Source: Candidatus Oxydemutator sp. (lineage in GTDB: Bacteria; Pseudomonadota; Gammaproteobacteria; Poriferisulfidales; Oxydemutatoraceae). Taken from it: DNA of 64,000 bases. Location of the stretch: NCBI GenBank assembly GCA_965203445.1, contig OZ241883.1:2016001-2080000 (forward strand), given 5' to 3'. Positions 1 to 10,636 of the stretch are shown in pieces. The position numbers and the translations under genes were made by a program. A model generated the notes under the pieces. That model searched no databases. It had not been told where the DNA came from and saw nothing but the letters and a program-made list of their open reading frames with translations. Position 1 is the stretch's first letter. Each line of letters starts with the position of its first letter.

Positions 1-392
1 AGGTCGGGCTGCACAAGACGCACGAACTTGGTTTTCCATTGGAGGACGTAGCCGACGGCGTCGGCAGCGCGCCGCTGGCGCCGCCGGGCGGTGACTTTGT
101 GCGGGCGATGGGGCGCACCAACGACGCGATCCTTTTTGCCGGGCGCATACACTTGTTCGTCCGGGGTCGCGCCGACGCCGCGCAAAGACTCGCCGATGCG
201 CTGCCGAGCAGCACGTCGCGCGACTACGGCAGGCCGTTCGCCGAGGTGTTCAGGCGTTACGACCACGACTTCTTCAAAATCGATCCGACGTTGTTCAGCC
301 CGGCGCAAGTGGCGGTGACGCACCTGCCGAGCGGCCGTACTTTCCACGCTGGTGCCGTCGCCCTCGACTTGCTCGACCAGTCGTTCGCGTAA
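1..392 (+). CDS. mch: Methenyl-tetrahydromethanopterin cyclohydrolase, C-terminal part (gene starts before the window)
   Basis: Frame open from position 3: [13 protein letters not shown]...GSAPLAPP...[10 protein letters not shown]...[17 protein letters not shown]...[13 protein letters not shown] are typical Mch C-terminal motifs; first gene of the mch-orf5-orf7-fae block. Confidence 0.93.
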   Translation, partial: VGLHKTHELGFPLEDVADGVGSAPLAPPGGDFVRAMGRTNDAILFAGRIHLFVRGRADAAQRLADALPSSTSRDYGRPFAEVFRRYDHDFFKIDPTLFSPAQVAVTHLPSGRTFHAGAVALDLLDQSFA

Positions 393-1292
393 ATGACGGA
401 GGTGCACGCTGTTGTGCACGTCGCGCTGGTCGCCGACGAATGCGGTTGGCACTGCGAGACCCTCGAACGCGCTTTTGCCGAGCGCGGTTGTCGCGTCACG
501 CGCGTGGCGCTGGCGGCGTGCGAGTTCGGCGGCGACGGCGTCATCCTGCCGGGTTTCGCACCAACGCGACCCGACGGCGTCTTTGTCCGGGGCGTGCCCG
601 CCGGCTCGCTGCAATCGGTGGTTTTTTGCCTCGACGTGCTGCATGCGCTCGGTGAAGACGGCGTGCTCGTGTACAACGACGCGCGCATGATAGAGCGCAG
701 CGTGGACAAGACGATGACCAGTTTTCTGCTGCGTCGCGCCGAGGTGCCGACGCCGCCGGCGTGGTCCTTCGCCGGGGCCGAGCGCGCCCGCGAATTCGCG
801 GCGCGGCGCGTGCGTTCGGGCGCCGCGCTGGTGTGGAAACCGGTATTCGGCTCGCAGGGCAAGGGACTGCGCCTGATCGGGCGCGGTGCCCCGATGCCCG
901 ACTTCGACGACGAGGAGCAGGTGTATTATTTCCAGGAATTCATCGAAAGCCTGGGGCCGGGCTTCAGCGATTGGCGAGTCTTCGTGATCGGCGGCAGGGC
1001 GGTCGCCGGCATGAAGCGCATCGGCGCGACCTGGATCAACAACGTGGCCAACGGCGCGGACTGTCGCGGCACCGAAATCAGCGCCGAGATGGCCGGCCTG
1101 GCCGAACGGGCCGCCGCCGCCATCGGCATGTTCTACGCCGGTGTTGATTTGATCCATGACCGGGAACGGCGGTGGTGGGTGACCGAAGTCAACAGCATTC
1201 CCGCCTGGCGCGGTTTGCAGGGGGTGACGACGACGAATATCGCCGCCCGTCTGGTAGCAGACTTCCTGCGCCTTCGAGAGGCGCGCGAATAG
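393..1292 (+). CDS. RimK-family ATP-grasp ligase (orf5 of H4MPT clusters; putative methanopterin/cofactor glutamate ligase)
   Basis: DKTMTSFLL, KPVFGSQGKG, YFQEFI, DWRVFV, WINNVANG, YAGVDLI, EVNSIPAW motifs; ATG directly follows the mch stop. Confidence 0.85.
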   Translation: MTEVHAVVHVALVADECGWHCETLERAFAERGCRVTRVALAACEFGGDGVILPGFAPTRPDGVFVRGVPAGSLQSVVFCLDVLHALGEDGVLVYNDARMIERSVDKTMTSFLLRRAEVPTPPAWSFAGAERAREFAARRVRSGAALVWKPVFGSQGKGLRLIGRGAPMPDFDDEEQVYYFQEFIESLGPGFSDWRVFVIGGRAVAGMKRIGATWINNVANGADCRGTEISAEMAGLAERAAAAIGMFYAGVDLIHDRERRWWVTEVNSIPAWRGLQGVTTTNIAARLVADFLRLREARE

Positions 1293-1341
1293 CCGGGAGA
1301 GATTCGGGAATATCTTGCAGGAAGACTCTCTAAGCTCCCGT

Positions 1342-2181
1342 ATGGCGGCATTTTTTCGCGGGGCCTGCGAAACCGACGTCAAGGCGTTGAAGCCCGGCAA
1401 CGTCGGCGCGCATCGGGCCGGACACGGCATGCGTTGGCAGGACTTCAGCGCCAGCGCTGCGGCCTGCGCCGAGCCATTGTGCCGCTCGCGGGCGACGTTA
1501 GGGGAGCGCATCCTGGCGGCGATTCAGGCGACGCGCCGGGTCGTCTCCCAGAATACGAACCTTGGCATCGTGCTGCTGTGCGCGCCGCTTGCGCACGCGA
1601 TGTTTCAGCGGCGTGCGGCGCAATCGTTGCGAGACGCCGTCGCCGAGGTTCTGGACGACACTACGGTCGAGGACGCGGTGCAGGCGTATCGCGCCATTCG
1701 CATGGCCGAAGCGGGAGGATTGGGGCGCGTGCCACACCTCGACGTCGCGCGGGAGCCGGACGTGAATCTGCGCGAAACGATGCGCGCGGCGTGCCGGCGC
1801 GACCGGATAGCCGCGCAATATGTCAATGATTACCGTGAAATTTTTGAATATGGCGCACCGTTGCTGCTTGAGTTTCGGTCGAAATGGGGTGATAATGCCG
1901 ACTGGCCTGCCGTCGGCGTCTATTTGACGCTGCTGGCGGAATATCCGGACAGCCTGGTTGTTCGCAAGCACGGAGCGAAAGAAGCGGAAGCGATAAGCCG
2001 CGAAGCCGCGCCGTTGCAAAGTCAGCTGGCCCGAAGCGAGGAGCCCGAGAAATTCAGGCGACGCTTTCTGACCCTGGACGCCGACCTCAAACGACGAGGT
2101 CTCAATCCGGGGACTACGGCCGATGTGACCGTCGCCAGCATTTTTGCCGCTGATCTGGAACAGATGATCTCAACCCAATAA
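1342..2181 (+). CDS. CitG-like triphosphoribosyl-dephospho-CoA synthase family protein (orf7 of H4MPT clusters)
   Basis: KPGNV, NTNLGIVLL, DSLVVRKHG, NPGTTAD motifs; position between orf5 and fae; ATG 1342 preferred over TTG 1315. Confidence 0.85.
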   Translation: MAAFFRGACETDVKALKPGNVGAHRAGHGMRWQDFSASAAACAEPLCRSRATLGERILAAIQATRRVVSQNTNLGIVLLCAPLAHAMFQRRAAQSLRDAVAEVLDDTTVEDAVQAYRAIRMAEAGGLGRVPHLDVAREPDVNLRETMRAACRRDRIAAQYVNDYREIFEYGAPLLLEFRSKWGDNADWPAVGVYLTLLAEYPDSLVVRKHGAKEAEAISREAAPLQSQLARSEEPEKFRRRFLTLDADLKRRGLNPGTTADVTVASIFAADLEQMISTQ

Positions 2182-2199
2182 CCAAAGGAGTATTATTCA

Positions 2200-2724
2200 A
2201 TGGCAATTGACAAAGTCATGGTAGGAGAAGCCCTGGTCAATGACAATGATCCTTCCGGCACGATGGCGGAAATCGCGCATATAGACCTGATCATGGGGCC
2301 TCGCGGTTCCGCCGTCGAGACCGCTTTTTGCAACGGTCTGGTCAACAACAAGGACGGCTTCACGTCCCTGCTCGCGGTGATCGCGCCCAACCTGCCGTGC
2401 AAGCCGAACACGATGATGTTCAACAAAGTGACGATCAAGGGCGCCAAGCAGGCGGTGCAGATGTTCGGCCCGGCGCAGACCGCGGTCGCGAAAGCGGTCC
2501 AGGACTGCGTCGCCGAGGGCACGATTCCCCAGAGCGAGGCCGACGACGTATACGTTTGCGTCGGCGTGTTCATCCACTGGGAAGCCGAGAGCAACGAGGC
2601 GATTTACGAAAACAACTACAAGGCTACCAAACTGGCGATCGAAAACGCCGTCAAAGGCGTACCTACCGCGGCCGAAGTTACGGCACAGAAAGACAGTGCC
2701 GAACATCCGTTCAAAGGCTTCTGA
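2200..2724 (+). CDS. fae: Formaldehyde-activating enzyme
   Basis: [56 protein letters not shown] motifs; strong AAAGGAG RBS. Confidence 0.96.
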   Translation: MAIDKVMVGEALVNDNDPSGTMAEIAHIDLIMGPRGSAVETAFCNGLVNNKDGFTSLLAVIAPNLPCKPNTMMFNKVTIKGAKQAVQMFGPAQTAVAKAVQDCVAEGTIPQSEADDVYVCVGVFIHWEAESNEAIYENNYKATKLAIENAVKGVPTAAEVTAQKDSAEHPFKGF

Positions 2725-2890
2725 TCCATCTCGCGCCGCATCCTCCCCCCTGACACGGCGACTCCGCCTGCCGGGGGGAGGGGTCTCGCCGGTGCGAACG
2801 TGCACCGCCGTCGCCGGACGGGTGGGCACGTCGTGCCCGAGACAACTCTGACGGTGGCGTTGCAACGACGCAGTTTCGACTGAGGATTAC

Positions 2891-3433
2891 GTGCTCGTGG
2901 ACGGCGCCGGGGCGCGACTGCGACGGCTCAGAGGGTTGCCGCCGCTGGCGTCCCCCAAGTCCCGTATCCTCATTCTCGGTTCGATGCCGGGCGCGGCGTC
3001 GTTGCAAAAGAGGGAGTACTACGCGCATCCGCGCAATCAGTTCTGGGGCATCATGGAACGCTTGTTCGGCATCGCCCGGGATCTTCCGTACGCCGAGCGA
3101 TGCCGCCGGTTGGGCGATTGCGGCGTCGCCGTGTGGGACGTGGTCGGCCGTTGCCGGCGTCGCGGCAGTCTCGATACCGACATCGCCGAATCTTCCGTCG
3201 TCGTCAACGGTCTGGCGGCGTTTCTCAGGCGCCACCGTTGTATCCGTCGCATTTTTTTCAACGGCGCGAAATCCGAGCACATCTACGTCCGCCGTGTACT
3301 CGCGGACGTTGAGAAAATCGGGCGTCCGATGGAATACCGGCGCCTGCCCTCGACCAGCCCGGCGCATGCGGCTCTGTCGGCGGCGGAAAAATTGCGGCAG
3401 TGGCGGATCGTCGCCGAGCATGCGCGTCCCTGA
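2891..3433 (+). CDS. DNA-deoxyinosine (hypoxanthine) glycosylase, UDG superfamily family 6
   Basis: LILGSMPGxxSL, YYAHPRNQFW, WDV, GSLD, FFNG, LPSTSPA motifs. Confidence 0.88.
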   Translation: MLVDGAGARLRRLRGLPPLASPKSRILILGSMPGAASLQKREYYAHPRNQFWGIMERLFGIARDLPYAERCRRLGDCGVAVWDVVGRCRRRGSLDTDIAESSVVVNGLAAFLRRHRCIRRIFFNGAKSEHIYVRRVLADVEKIGRPMEYRRLPSTSPAHAALSAAEKLRQWRIVAEHARP

Positions 3434-3490
3434 GCCGCGTTTTTGGCGGCGATATTTGACTCAGCCCGGGTTTTCATCGAGCATAACACC

Positions 3491-4144
3491 ATGAAATTCT
3501 TCATAGACACGGCGCGGCTCGACGAGATAGAGCGCGTCGCGGAATTCGGCATACTCGACGGTGTGACCACCAACCCGACGTTGATGGCGAAGGCCGGCAT
3601 ACGCGGCGACAACGCGGTGTACGCGCATTATCGGGCGATCTGCGAAACCGTGGACGGCGACGTCTCGGCGGAGGTAATCAGCACCGACTTCGCCGGCATG
3701 ATGCGCGAGGCGGAGATCCTGGCCGCGCTCGATCCGCGCATCGTCGTCAAAATACCGATGCTGCCAGACGGCGTGCGCGCGCTGCACTCCCTGCGCGGGC
3801 GAGGTATCCGCACCAACTGCACGCTGGTGTTCTCGGCGGCGCAGGCACTGTTCGCGGCCAAGGCCGGCGCCGACTATATCTCGCCTTTCATCGGACGCCT
3901 GGACGACGTCGCCGAATCGGGGTCGGAATTGATACGGCGGCTCGTGCGCATCTTCGGGAATTATTCGTTCGACGGCGCGATACTCGCGGCCTCGATCCGT
4001 AGTCCCCGGCACGTCGTCCAGTGCGCCGAAGCCGGCGCCCACGTCGTCACTTGCCCGTACGCGGTGTTCGAGGCCATGTTCCAACATCCGCTGACCGCCT
4101 CCGGCCTTCGGAAGTTCCTGGAAGATCACGAAGCAAGCAGATGA
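3491..4144 (+). CDS. tal: Transaldolase / fructose-6-phosphate aldolase (short TalC/MipB type)
   Basis: MKFFIDTA, GVTTNPTL, VVKIP (Schiff-base Lys), TNCTLVFS, SPFIGRLDD, AASIR, HPLT. Confidence 0.9.
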   Translation: MKFFIDTARLDEIERVAEFGILDGVTTNPTLMAKAGIRGDNAVYAHYRAICETVDGDVSAEVISTDFAGMMREAEILAALDPRIVVKIPMLPDGVRALHSLRGRGIRTNCTLVFSAAQALFAAKAGADYISPFIGRLDDVAESGSELIRRLVRIFGNYSFDGAILAASIRSPRHVVQCAEAGAHVVTCPYAVFEAMFQHPLTASGLRKFLEDHEASR

Positions 4145-4151
4145 ATTCACC

Positions 4152-4766
4152 TTGAAAAAGAACTCATCCAAAAGAGCCGCAGCGGGCGACGAAGACCGCG
4201 AGCGCGCCGCACAACCGAAGTTCACGGCGTTCACGATCAAGGCGGACGGAGCGATGGCGGTCGTCCTGCTCGACGTCGAAATCAGTCCGGTGCCGGCACC
4301 GGGCAGGGTGCCGCCGCCCGAAGCGATGCACAAGTGCCGGGCGGCGTGGAACACCGGGATCCGCCGCTCGCGCGTCTCCGGCAAAATCATCCGGACGCTG
4401 GGCTTGCAGCCTCGCCGGGGCGACGGGCGGGAAACCACCGAGCAATACCTGGTGGATATTTATCTACCAAACAGGATTCGTTTCACCTCGGTCGTCGCCG
4501 ACAAGATGGAAGACGTGAACGCCGGGGTCGCGGTGGAGTGCATGATCGGCATGGACATCATCCGTCACGGCGATTGCAGCGTCTCCCATCGGAACGGGAA
4601 GACCATGTTTTCGTTCCGCGTGCCGTCTCTCGGCGGCGTGGATTACGTCGAATTGGCGCCGGCGCCCGCCAAGCGCGACGTGGTGACGGTGATGGCACGG
4701 CGCAACCAGATGTGTCCTTGCGGCAGCGGCAAGCGCTACAAGAATTGCTGCGGCAAGTTCGTATAG
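4152..4766 (+). CDS. Retropepsin-like domain protein with C-terminal SEC-C Zn motif; catalytic Asp appears replaced (WNTG)
   Basis: AAWNTG in place of (A/L)WDTG, downstream IGMDII motif, TMFSFRVPS, C-terminal RNQMCPCGSGKRYKNCCG. Confidence 0.72.
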   Translation: MKKNSSKRAAAGDEDRERAAQPKFTAFTIKADGAMAVVLLDVEISPVPAPGRVPPPEAMHKCRAAWNTGIRRSRVSGKIIRTLGLQPRRGDGRETTEQYLVDIYLPNRIRFTSVVADKMEDVNAGVAVECMIGMDIIRHGDCSVSHRNGKTMFSFRVPSLGGVDYVELAPAPAKRDVVTVMARRNQMCPCGSGKRYKNCCGKFV

Positions 4767-4785
4767 CCGGCGGCCAGGGAACGGG

Positions 4786-6237
4786 TTACAGGCGGCGTTT
4801 CATCGCTTCCCACAATTCGGTGATTGCGGCGCGCTTGTCTCTGATGCGCGCGTGCGCGGCGCGATCGGCGTCGCGCGCCCCTTCGGCCAGCCGCAACTGT
4901 TGCAACGCGAGCGCAAAGCGGCCGTGCAACGAATAGTAGTCGGCGAGGTGCTCATGCCCCAGGCTTTCGCGTTTGAGCGCGGCCGCGGCTCGTGCGCTGA
5001 GCCGGTGTAACTGAGGGTGATAACGAAACGACGCCTTGACCGTGCGCAGGCGGTCGAGCGCCCGACGGGCCTCGCCGCTCTCGATCAGGCACACGGCAAG
5101 GTAGTAGTTGACGCTGGTCCTTCCCGGATGCAGCTCATTCAATTCGGCAAACAGGTGCCGCGCCTTGCGGTAGTCGCCCCGCGCAACGTGCGCCTGGCCC
5201 AGCGCCAGCATGAGCGGCAGCCCGCGCTCTGCCCGCGGGACGCGCTCGAGCGTCTGCAATGCCTCGCGGGCGAGGCCGCGTTGCGCCAGCGCGACGCCTT
5301 CGCGGTACAGCCGCAGCGAGGCAGTCTCGGTTTCGCCGGGCGCCGGCGCGGCGTCACGCAACGCGCGCAGGCGCGCCCGGATGTAGCGGAACTCCCTGCT
5401 GTCGCGGTGCAGGTTCTCGGGGTAATCTGCGACGCGCGCCTCGGCGTCGCGCAGGCGCTCCAGCGTCAACGGGTGGGTGCGCAGAAACTCCGGCACTTGG
5501 CGCCGCCCCTCCCGCGCCTGCAGCTTTGAGAAAAAACGCGGCACGCCGCGCGGATTGATTCGAGCCGCGGCCATCAGGCGTATGGCCGCGGCGTCGGCCT
5601 CACGCTCGAAGCCGCGCGTATAACTCAGTCGCCGGTCCATCGGCAGCGCGGTGCCGGCGAAAGTGGCGAGCTGCGCAAGTTCCGGGTTGTAGGCGCCGGC
5701 CATCAGCCCGGCGATCATCACCAGCGCGCCGGCCCAGCTGGTGGTTTCCAGCTTGGTGTTCAGGCGCGCAATGTGGCGCAAGGTAACGTGCGAGATCTCA
5801 TGCGCGACGACCGCGGCCAGTTCGCTCTCGTCGTCGGCGAACAGCATTAACCCCTCGTTGATCGTAACGACGCCGCCCGGCGTCGCGAACGCGTTGATCG
5901 CGCGTTCGGCCACCGGCAGGAAATGAAAATCGAGCCGGTTGTCGGTCTTTTGCGACAGCAGCCGCAGACCGAGCGTGCGCAGGTATTCCTGCACTTCGAC
6001 GTCGTCGGTCACCGGCAGGCGCGCGCGTACCTGCGCGAGGATCGCGCGGCCCAGTTTTTTCTCGTCGGCAAGACTGAGCGCGGAGTAGGAGGGGTCGCCG
6101 ATTTCCGGCAGCGGCCGCCGCGCTTCGGCGTACGCGCCGGCGGGCGCTCCGGCGAAGGCCGTCTGCGCCAGCGCGAGCGTCAGCGCGATTCCGACGCGCG
6201 CGGCGCCGCCCGGAACCATCCTGTCATCGCCGTCCAT
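4786..6237 (-). CDS. bepA: M48 metalloprotease with TPR repeats (BepA/YfgC-like)
   Basis: Signal peptide, LPEIGD, INAFATPGG, ESELAAVVAHEISH (HExxH), EREAD, PEFLRTHP, helical C-terminus. Confidence 0.9.
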   Translation of the reverse strand: MDGDDRMVPGGAARVGIALTLALAQTAFAGAPAGAYAEARRPLPEIGDPSYSALSLADEKKLGRAILAQVRARLPVTDDVEVQEYLRTLGLRLLSQKTDNRLDFHFLPVAERAINAFATPGGVVTINEGLMLFADDESELAAVVAHEISHVTLRHIARLNTKLETTSWAGALVMIAGLMAGAYNPELAQLATFAGTALPMDRRLSYTRGFEREADAAAIRLMAAARINPRGVPRFFSKLQAREGRRQVPEFLRTHPLTLERLRDAEARVADYPENLHRDSREFRYIRARLRALRDAAPAPGETETASLRLYREGVALAQRGLAREALQTLERVPRAERGLPLMLALGQAHVARGDYRKARHLFAELNELHPGRTSVNYYLAVCLIESGEARRALDRLRTVKASFRYHPQLHRLSARAAAALKRESLGHEHLADYYSLHGRFALALQQLRLAEGARDADRAAHARIRDKRAAITELWEAMKRRL

Positions 6238-6346
6238 GCCGCTATGATACCGGATGGAAAGTTGCGTTTTACCGCGTCATCGAATATAAAACCGTCGGGG
6301 AAACCCAGTTGTTCACGCAAACCAGATACAAACAAGGAAACGACAA

Positions 6347-6577
6347 ATGCCAGAATTCGACCAGGAGCTCGACACCTGCGGGCTGAACTGCCCGATGCCG
6401 ATTTTGAAAGCGAAGAAAGCGCTTGCAGGGATGGAGCAGGAGCAGGTGCTGCGCGTCATCGCAACCGACCCCGGCGCGGTCAAAGATTTCGAGGCTTTCG
6501 CCAAACAGACCGGAAACGGCCTACTCGAATCGCGCGCCGAGGACGGCAAATTCTACTTCCTGCTGAAAAAAGCCTAG
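6347..6577 (+). CDS. tusA: Sulfur carrier TusA/SirA family
   Basis: LDTCGLNCPMPILKAKKAL, ATDPGAVKDF; AAGGA RBS. Confidence 0.92.
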   Translation: MPEFDQELDTCGLNCPMPILKAKKALAGMEQEQVLRVIATDPGAVKDFEAFAKQTGNGLLESRAEDGKFYFLLKKA

Positions 6578-6615
6578 GCGAGGGGCCTGGGCGCCCAAAA
6601 AGCAAACCTTTGCCG

Positions 6616-7137
6616 GTGGCGCCAATCGTATCAAGCTCGAAACACGTGCTCTCGATTCTGCTCGCCAACGAGGCGGGCGTTTTGACCCGTGTCTCGGGGT
6701 TGTTTTCGGCGAGGGGCTATAATATCGAGTCGCTGGTCGTCGCGCCGACCAACGATCCGGCTTTTTCACGCATGACCATAGTCACGGTCGGTGGCGACGA
6801 ACTCGCGGTGCAGGTGATAAAGCAATTGCACAAACTGGTGGACGTGGTCGCGGTCTCCGACCTCGGCGCCGACAGGCACGTGGAGCGCGAGACCCTGCTG
6901 ATCAAAGTCGCCTGCGACGACAGCGTCGCCGACCGCTCAAAACTCGGTGCATTGGCCGGCGAGCACGGCGCCAGCGTCATAGAGTGTATCAGCCGCGCTT
7001 GCATCATGCAGATGACCGCATCGAGCCGGCAGATAGATTATTTTATTGCGACGATGGAAAAACGACGCAGTATTCTCGAAATCGCGCGTTCCGGCGTTAT
7101 CAGCCTGAGCCGCGACGACTCGACTCTGGAAGCGTAA
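6616..7137 (+). CDS. ilvH: Acetolactate synthase small (regulatory) subunit
   Basis: KHVLSILLANEAGVLTRVSGLFSARGYNIESLVV, SRMTIV, QLHKLVDV, ERETLLIKV, EIARSG; start uncertain (in-frame GTG 6616 or TTG 6610). Confidence 0.9.
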   Translation: MAPIVSSSKHVLSILLANEAGVLTRVSGLFSARGYNIESLVVAPTNDPAFSRMTIVTVGGDELAVQVIKQLHKLVDVVAVSDLGADRHVERETLLIKVACDDSVADRSKLGALAGEHGASVIECISRACIMQMTASSRQIDYFIATMEKRRSILEIARSGVISLSRDDSTLEA

Positions 7138-8184
<1,047 letters not shown>

Positions 8185-8186
8185 GC

Positions 8187-8966
8187 ATGCACAAACCCGG
8201 CCGCGGCATCTACCTGCTGCCTAATCTGATCACCGCGAGTTCGCTGTTGATCGGTTTCTTCGCCGCGATCAAGGCCTTCAACGGATACTTCGAGGTGGCC
8301 GCGATCGCGCTGCTGGTGTGCGTCGTGCTCGACAGCCTCGACGGCAACGTTGCGCGTCTGACGCGCACGACCAGCCGCTTCGGCGCCGAGTTCGACAGCC
8401 TGACCGACGTCGTCGTGTTCGGCTGCATCCCGGCGCTGGTCATCTACAACTGGTCGCTGGCGACGATAGCCGAACTGGGATGGCTGTGGGCCAAGCTCGG
8501 CTGGCTCGTGGCGTTTTTCTACACGGTCGCGACCGCGCTGCGGCTGGCCCGTTTCAACTCGCAGATCACGTCGTCGGAAAAGTCGTTTTTTCGCGGTCTG
8601 CCGTGCCCGGCCGCGGCGACCCTGATGATGAGCTTCGTCTGGTTGTCGCAGGAGACGGGGTATTCCGGCGGCGACGTCGCGTGGTGGAGTTTCGCGCTGA
8701 TGGTGCTCGCCGGCGCGGCCATGGTCAGCAATTTCAGCTACTACAGCCTGCAGGGCGTCAACCTGAAGAGCCGCGTCCCCTTCATCGCGCTGCTGGCCGT
8801 CGTCGCCGGCCTGATCCTGGCCGCGATAGACCTGCCCAAGTTTCTGTTTTTCCTGGCGCTGCTGTACATTGCTTCCGGGCCTTTGCTGTACGCGTTGCGC
8901 CTGGCCAAAAAAAACCTGTCGCGCCGCCGCAACGCCAATGAGGATCTGCCGGACCGGCGCACGTGA
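8187..8966 (+). CDS. pssA: CDP-diacylglycerol--serine O-phosphatidyltransferase
   Basis: GIYLLPNLIT, DSLDGNVAR...FGAEFDSLTD CDP-alcohol motif, LRLARFN, FRGLPCP; conserved ilvC-pssA order. Confidence 0.92.
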   Translation: MHKPGRGIYLLPNLITASSLLIGFFAAIKAFNGYFEVAAIALLVCVVLDSLDGNVARLTRTTSRFGAEFDSLTDVVVFGCIPALVIYNWSLATIAELGWLWAKLGWLVAFFYTVATALRLARFNSQITSSEKSFFRGLPCPAAATLMMSFVWLSQETGYSGGDVAWWSFALMVLAGAAMVSNFSYYSLQGVNLKSRVPFIALLAVVAGLILAAIDLPKFLFFLALLYIASGPLLYALRLAKKNLSRRRNANEDLPDRRT

Positions 8967-9172
8967 ACCGATTGCATGGACGCGCTCTCCTCATCCTCGT
9001 CGCGCACTAAGAACAAGGCATAACCGCATGCCGCCGGATTCATCCTGACGACTGCGCCGGACACCGCGACACGGCGCGTCCGTGCACCGCAAAAGTCCGC
9101 CACAAAGTCCGGCGGTTCGCTGACGAAAGAGAGGAGGCGGGGGTGGGAATGGTGAAAGGGGCGTGGGCAGCG

Positions 9173-9685
9173 TCACCGCAAGCGCGGCATCAGTTCGACC
9201 AGGTTGCACGGGCGCGTGCGGTAATCGAGTTGTTTGTTGATCAGTTTGTCCCAGGCCTCGGCGCAGGCGCCGCTCGAACCGGGCAGGCAGAAAACGTAGG
9301 TGGCATTGGCGACGCCCGCGAGCGCGCGCGATTGCAGCGTCGAGGTGCCGATGGTCTCGTATGACAGTAGCCGGAACATCTCACCGAAACCAGTGATGAT
9401 CTTGTCGAGCAGCGGTGCGACCGCCTCCGGGGTGCCGTCCCGTCCGGTGACGCCGGTGCCGCCGGTCGTCAACACGACCTGCACCTCGGCGTCGGCGATC
9501 CACGCCGAGACCGCGGCGCGCACCCGGTAGACGTCGTCCGGCACGATGCGCTTGTCGTGGCAACGGTGTCCCGCCTGGGTCAAACGTTCGACCAGCAGCC
9601 GCCCGGAACGGTCGTCTTTTTCGGTGCGCGTGTCCGAGACGGTCAACACCGCCACGTCCAGAGGAATGAAATCTCGTTCGGCCAT
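9173..9685 (-). CDS. moaB: Molybdenum cofactor biosynthesis protein B
   Basis: [54 protein letters not shown]. Confidence 0.95.
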   Translation of the reverse strand: MAERDFIPLDVAVLTVSDTRTEKDDRSGRLLVERLTQAGHRCHDKRIVPDDVYRVRAAVSAWIADAEVQVVLTTGGTGVTGRDGTPEAVAPLLDKIITGFGEMFRLLSYETIGTSTLQSRALAGVANATYVFCLPGSSGACAEAWDKLINKQLDYRTRPCNLVELMPRLR

Positions 9686-9787
9686 TGCTTGCAATGATGC
9701 TACGAGATTATATACTTGTCCGCCACCGTTTCACCGCCCGCCGGCCGGCTTACCCGCGCAAACGACACACGACCCGATGCAAGCCAG

Positions 9788-10636
9788 ATGACGCCGCACC
9801 GAAAACCCCAAAGAAAAGGCACGGGCATGGCCGTGTCTTTGTTTCTGCTCGCGGCGAGCGCCGTCGGCCTCGGCGCGTACGCGTACATGGAGCACGCCGA
9901 GCAGGCGCGAATAACGCGGGAACACGAAAAAAGATACTTCCGCGATTGCGAGCAGTGTCCGTTGATGGCGAGGCTTCCTTCGGGTTCGTTCATGATGGGG
10001 GCGCCGAAATATGCCGACCATATCGAGGGGCCGGTGCATCGCGTCGACGTGGCCGGGTTTGCCGCCGGTGTGCGTGAAGTGACGTTTGCCGAGTGGGAGG
10101 CGTGCGTCGCCGCCGGCGGCTGCAACGGCTACCGCTCGAAAGACGACGGCTGGGGGCGCGGCAAACGCCCGGTGATCTACGTGAGCTGGGAGGACGCACA
10201 GGCATACGCGGACTGGCTGAGTCGTGAGACCGGGCAACGCTATCGCCTGCTGAGCGAGTCGGAATGGGAATACGCGGCGCGCGCCGGCACGACGACGCCG
10301 TACCACACGGGCGCCGAAACGCCGAGCAAGGTGGATGCCCACTACGGCGACCGCCAAACGCTCGAGGTCGGAACGCTCGCCGCAAACCCGTGGGGGCTGC
10401 ACGACGTGCACGGCAACGTCTGGGAATGGGTGCAGGACTGTTGGCACGAGAACTATGACGGAGCGCCGAACGACGGCAGCGCGCGGGAGGGCGACGCCTG
10501 TGGCGAGCGCGTACTGCGCGGCGGTTCCTGGAACAGCCGCGTCTGGAGTCTGCGCTCGTCGTACCGCATGCGGCGCGCCGTCGCCGACCGCAGCAACTTG
10601 ATCGGGTTTCGCGTGGCACGCGCGCTCACCCCGTGA
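9788..10636 (+). CDS. Membrane-anchored formylglycine-generating-enzyme (SUMF1/FGE-sulfatase, C-type-lectin fold) domain protein
   Basis: N-terminal hydrophobic segment, DCEQCPLM, FMMG, EVT, PVIYVSWEDA, RLLSESEWEYAARAG, NPWGLHDVHGNVWEW, RGGSW, GFRVAR; start uncertain (9788 or 9828). Confidence 0.85.
   Translation: MTPHRKPQRKGTGMAVSLFLLAASAVGLGAYAYMEHAEQARITREHEKRYFRDCEQCPLMARLPSGSFMMGAPKYADHIEGPVHRVDVAGFAAGVREVTFAEWEACVAAGGCNGYRSKDDGWGRGKRPVIYVSWEDAQAYADWLSRETGQRYRLLSESEWEYAARAGTTTPYHTGAETPSKVDAHYGDRQTLEVGTLAANPWGLHDVHGNVWEWVQDCWHENYDGAPNDGSAREGDACGERVLRGGSWNSRVWSLRSSYRMRRAVADRSNLIGFRVARALTP

Noticed and set aside
4786-6577. Divergent bepA-tusA pair as a novel association
   Set aside because: To my knowledge this adjacency is already seen in other Gammaproteobacteria such as Pseudomonas
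5923-7137. Apparent 404-aa IlvH fusion; likewise extended ORF-track starts for aceF, lpdA, mnmA, lpxK, purB, acpP and vapB
   Set aside because: The extensions overlap neighbouring genes and lack family motifs; they result from choosing the most upstream start codon
8967-9172. 200-bp gap between convergent pssA and moaB as possible sRNA
   Set aside because: No recognisable promoter, terminator or RNA family; only a short AAAGTCCG duplication
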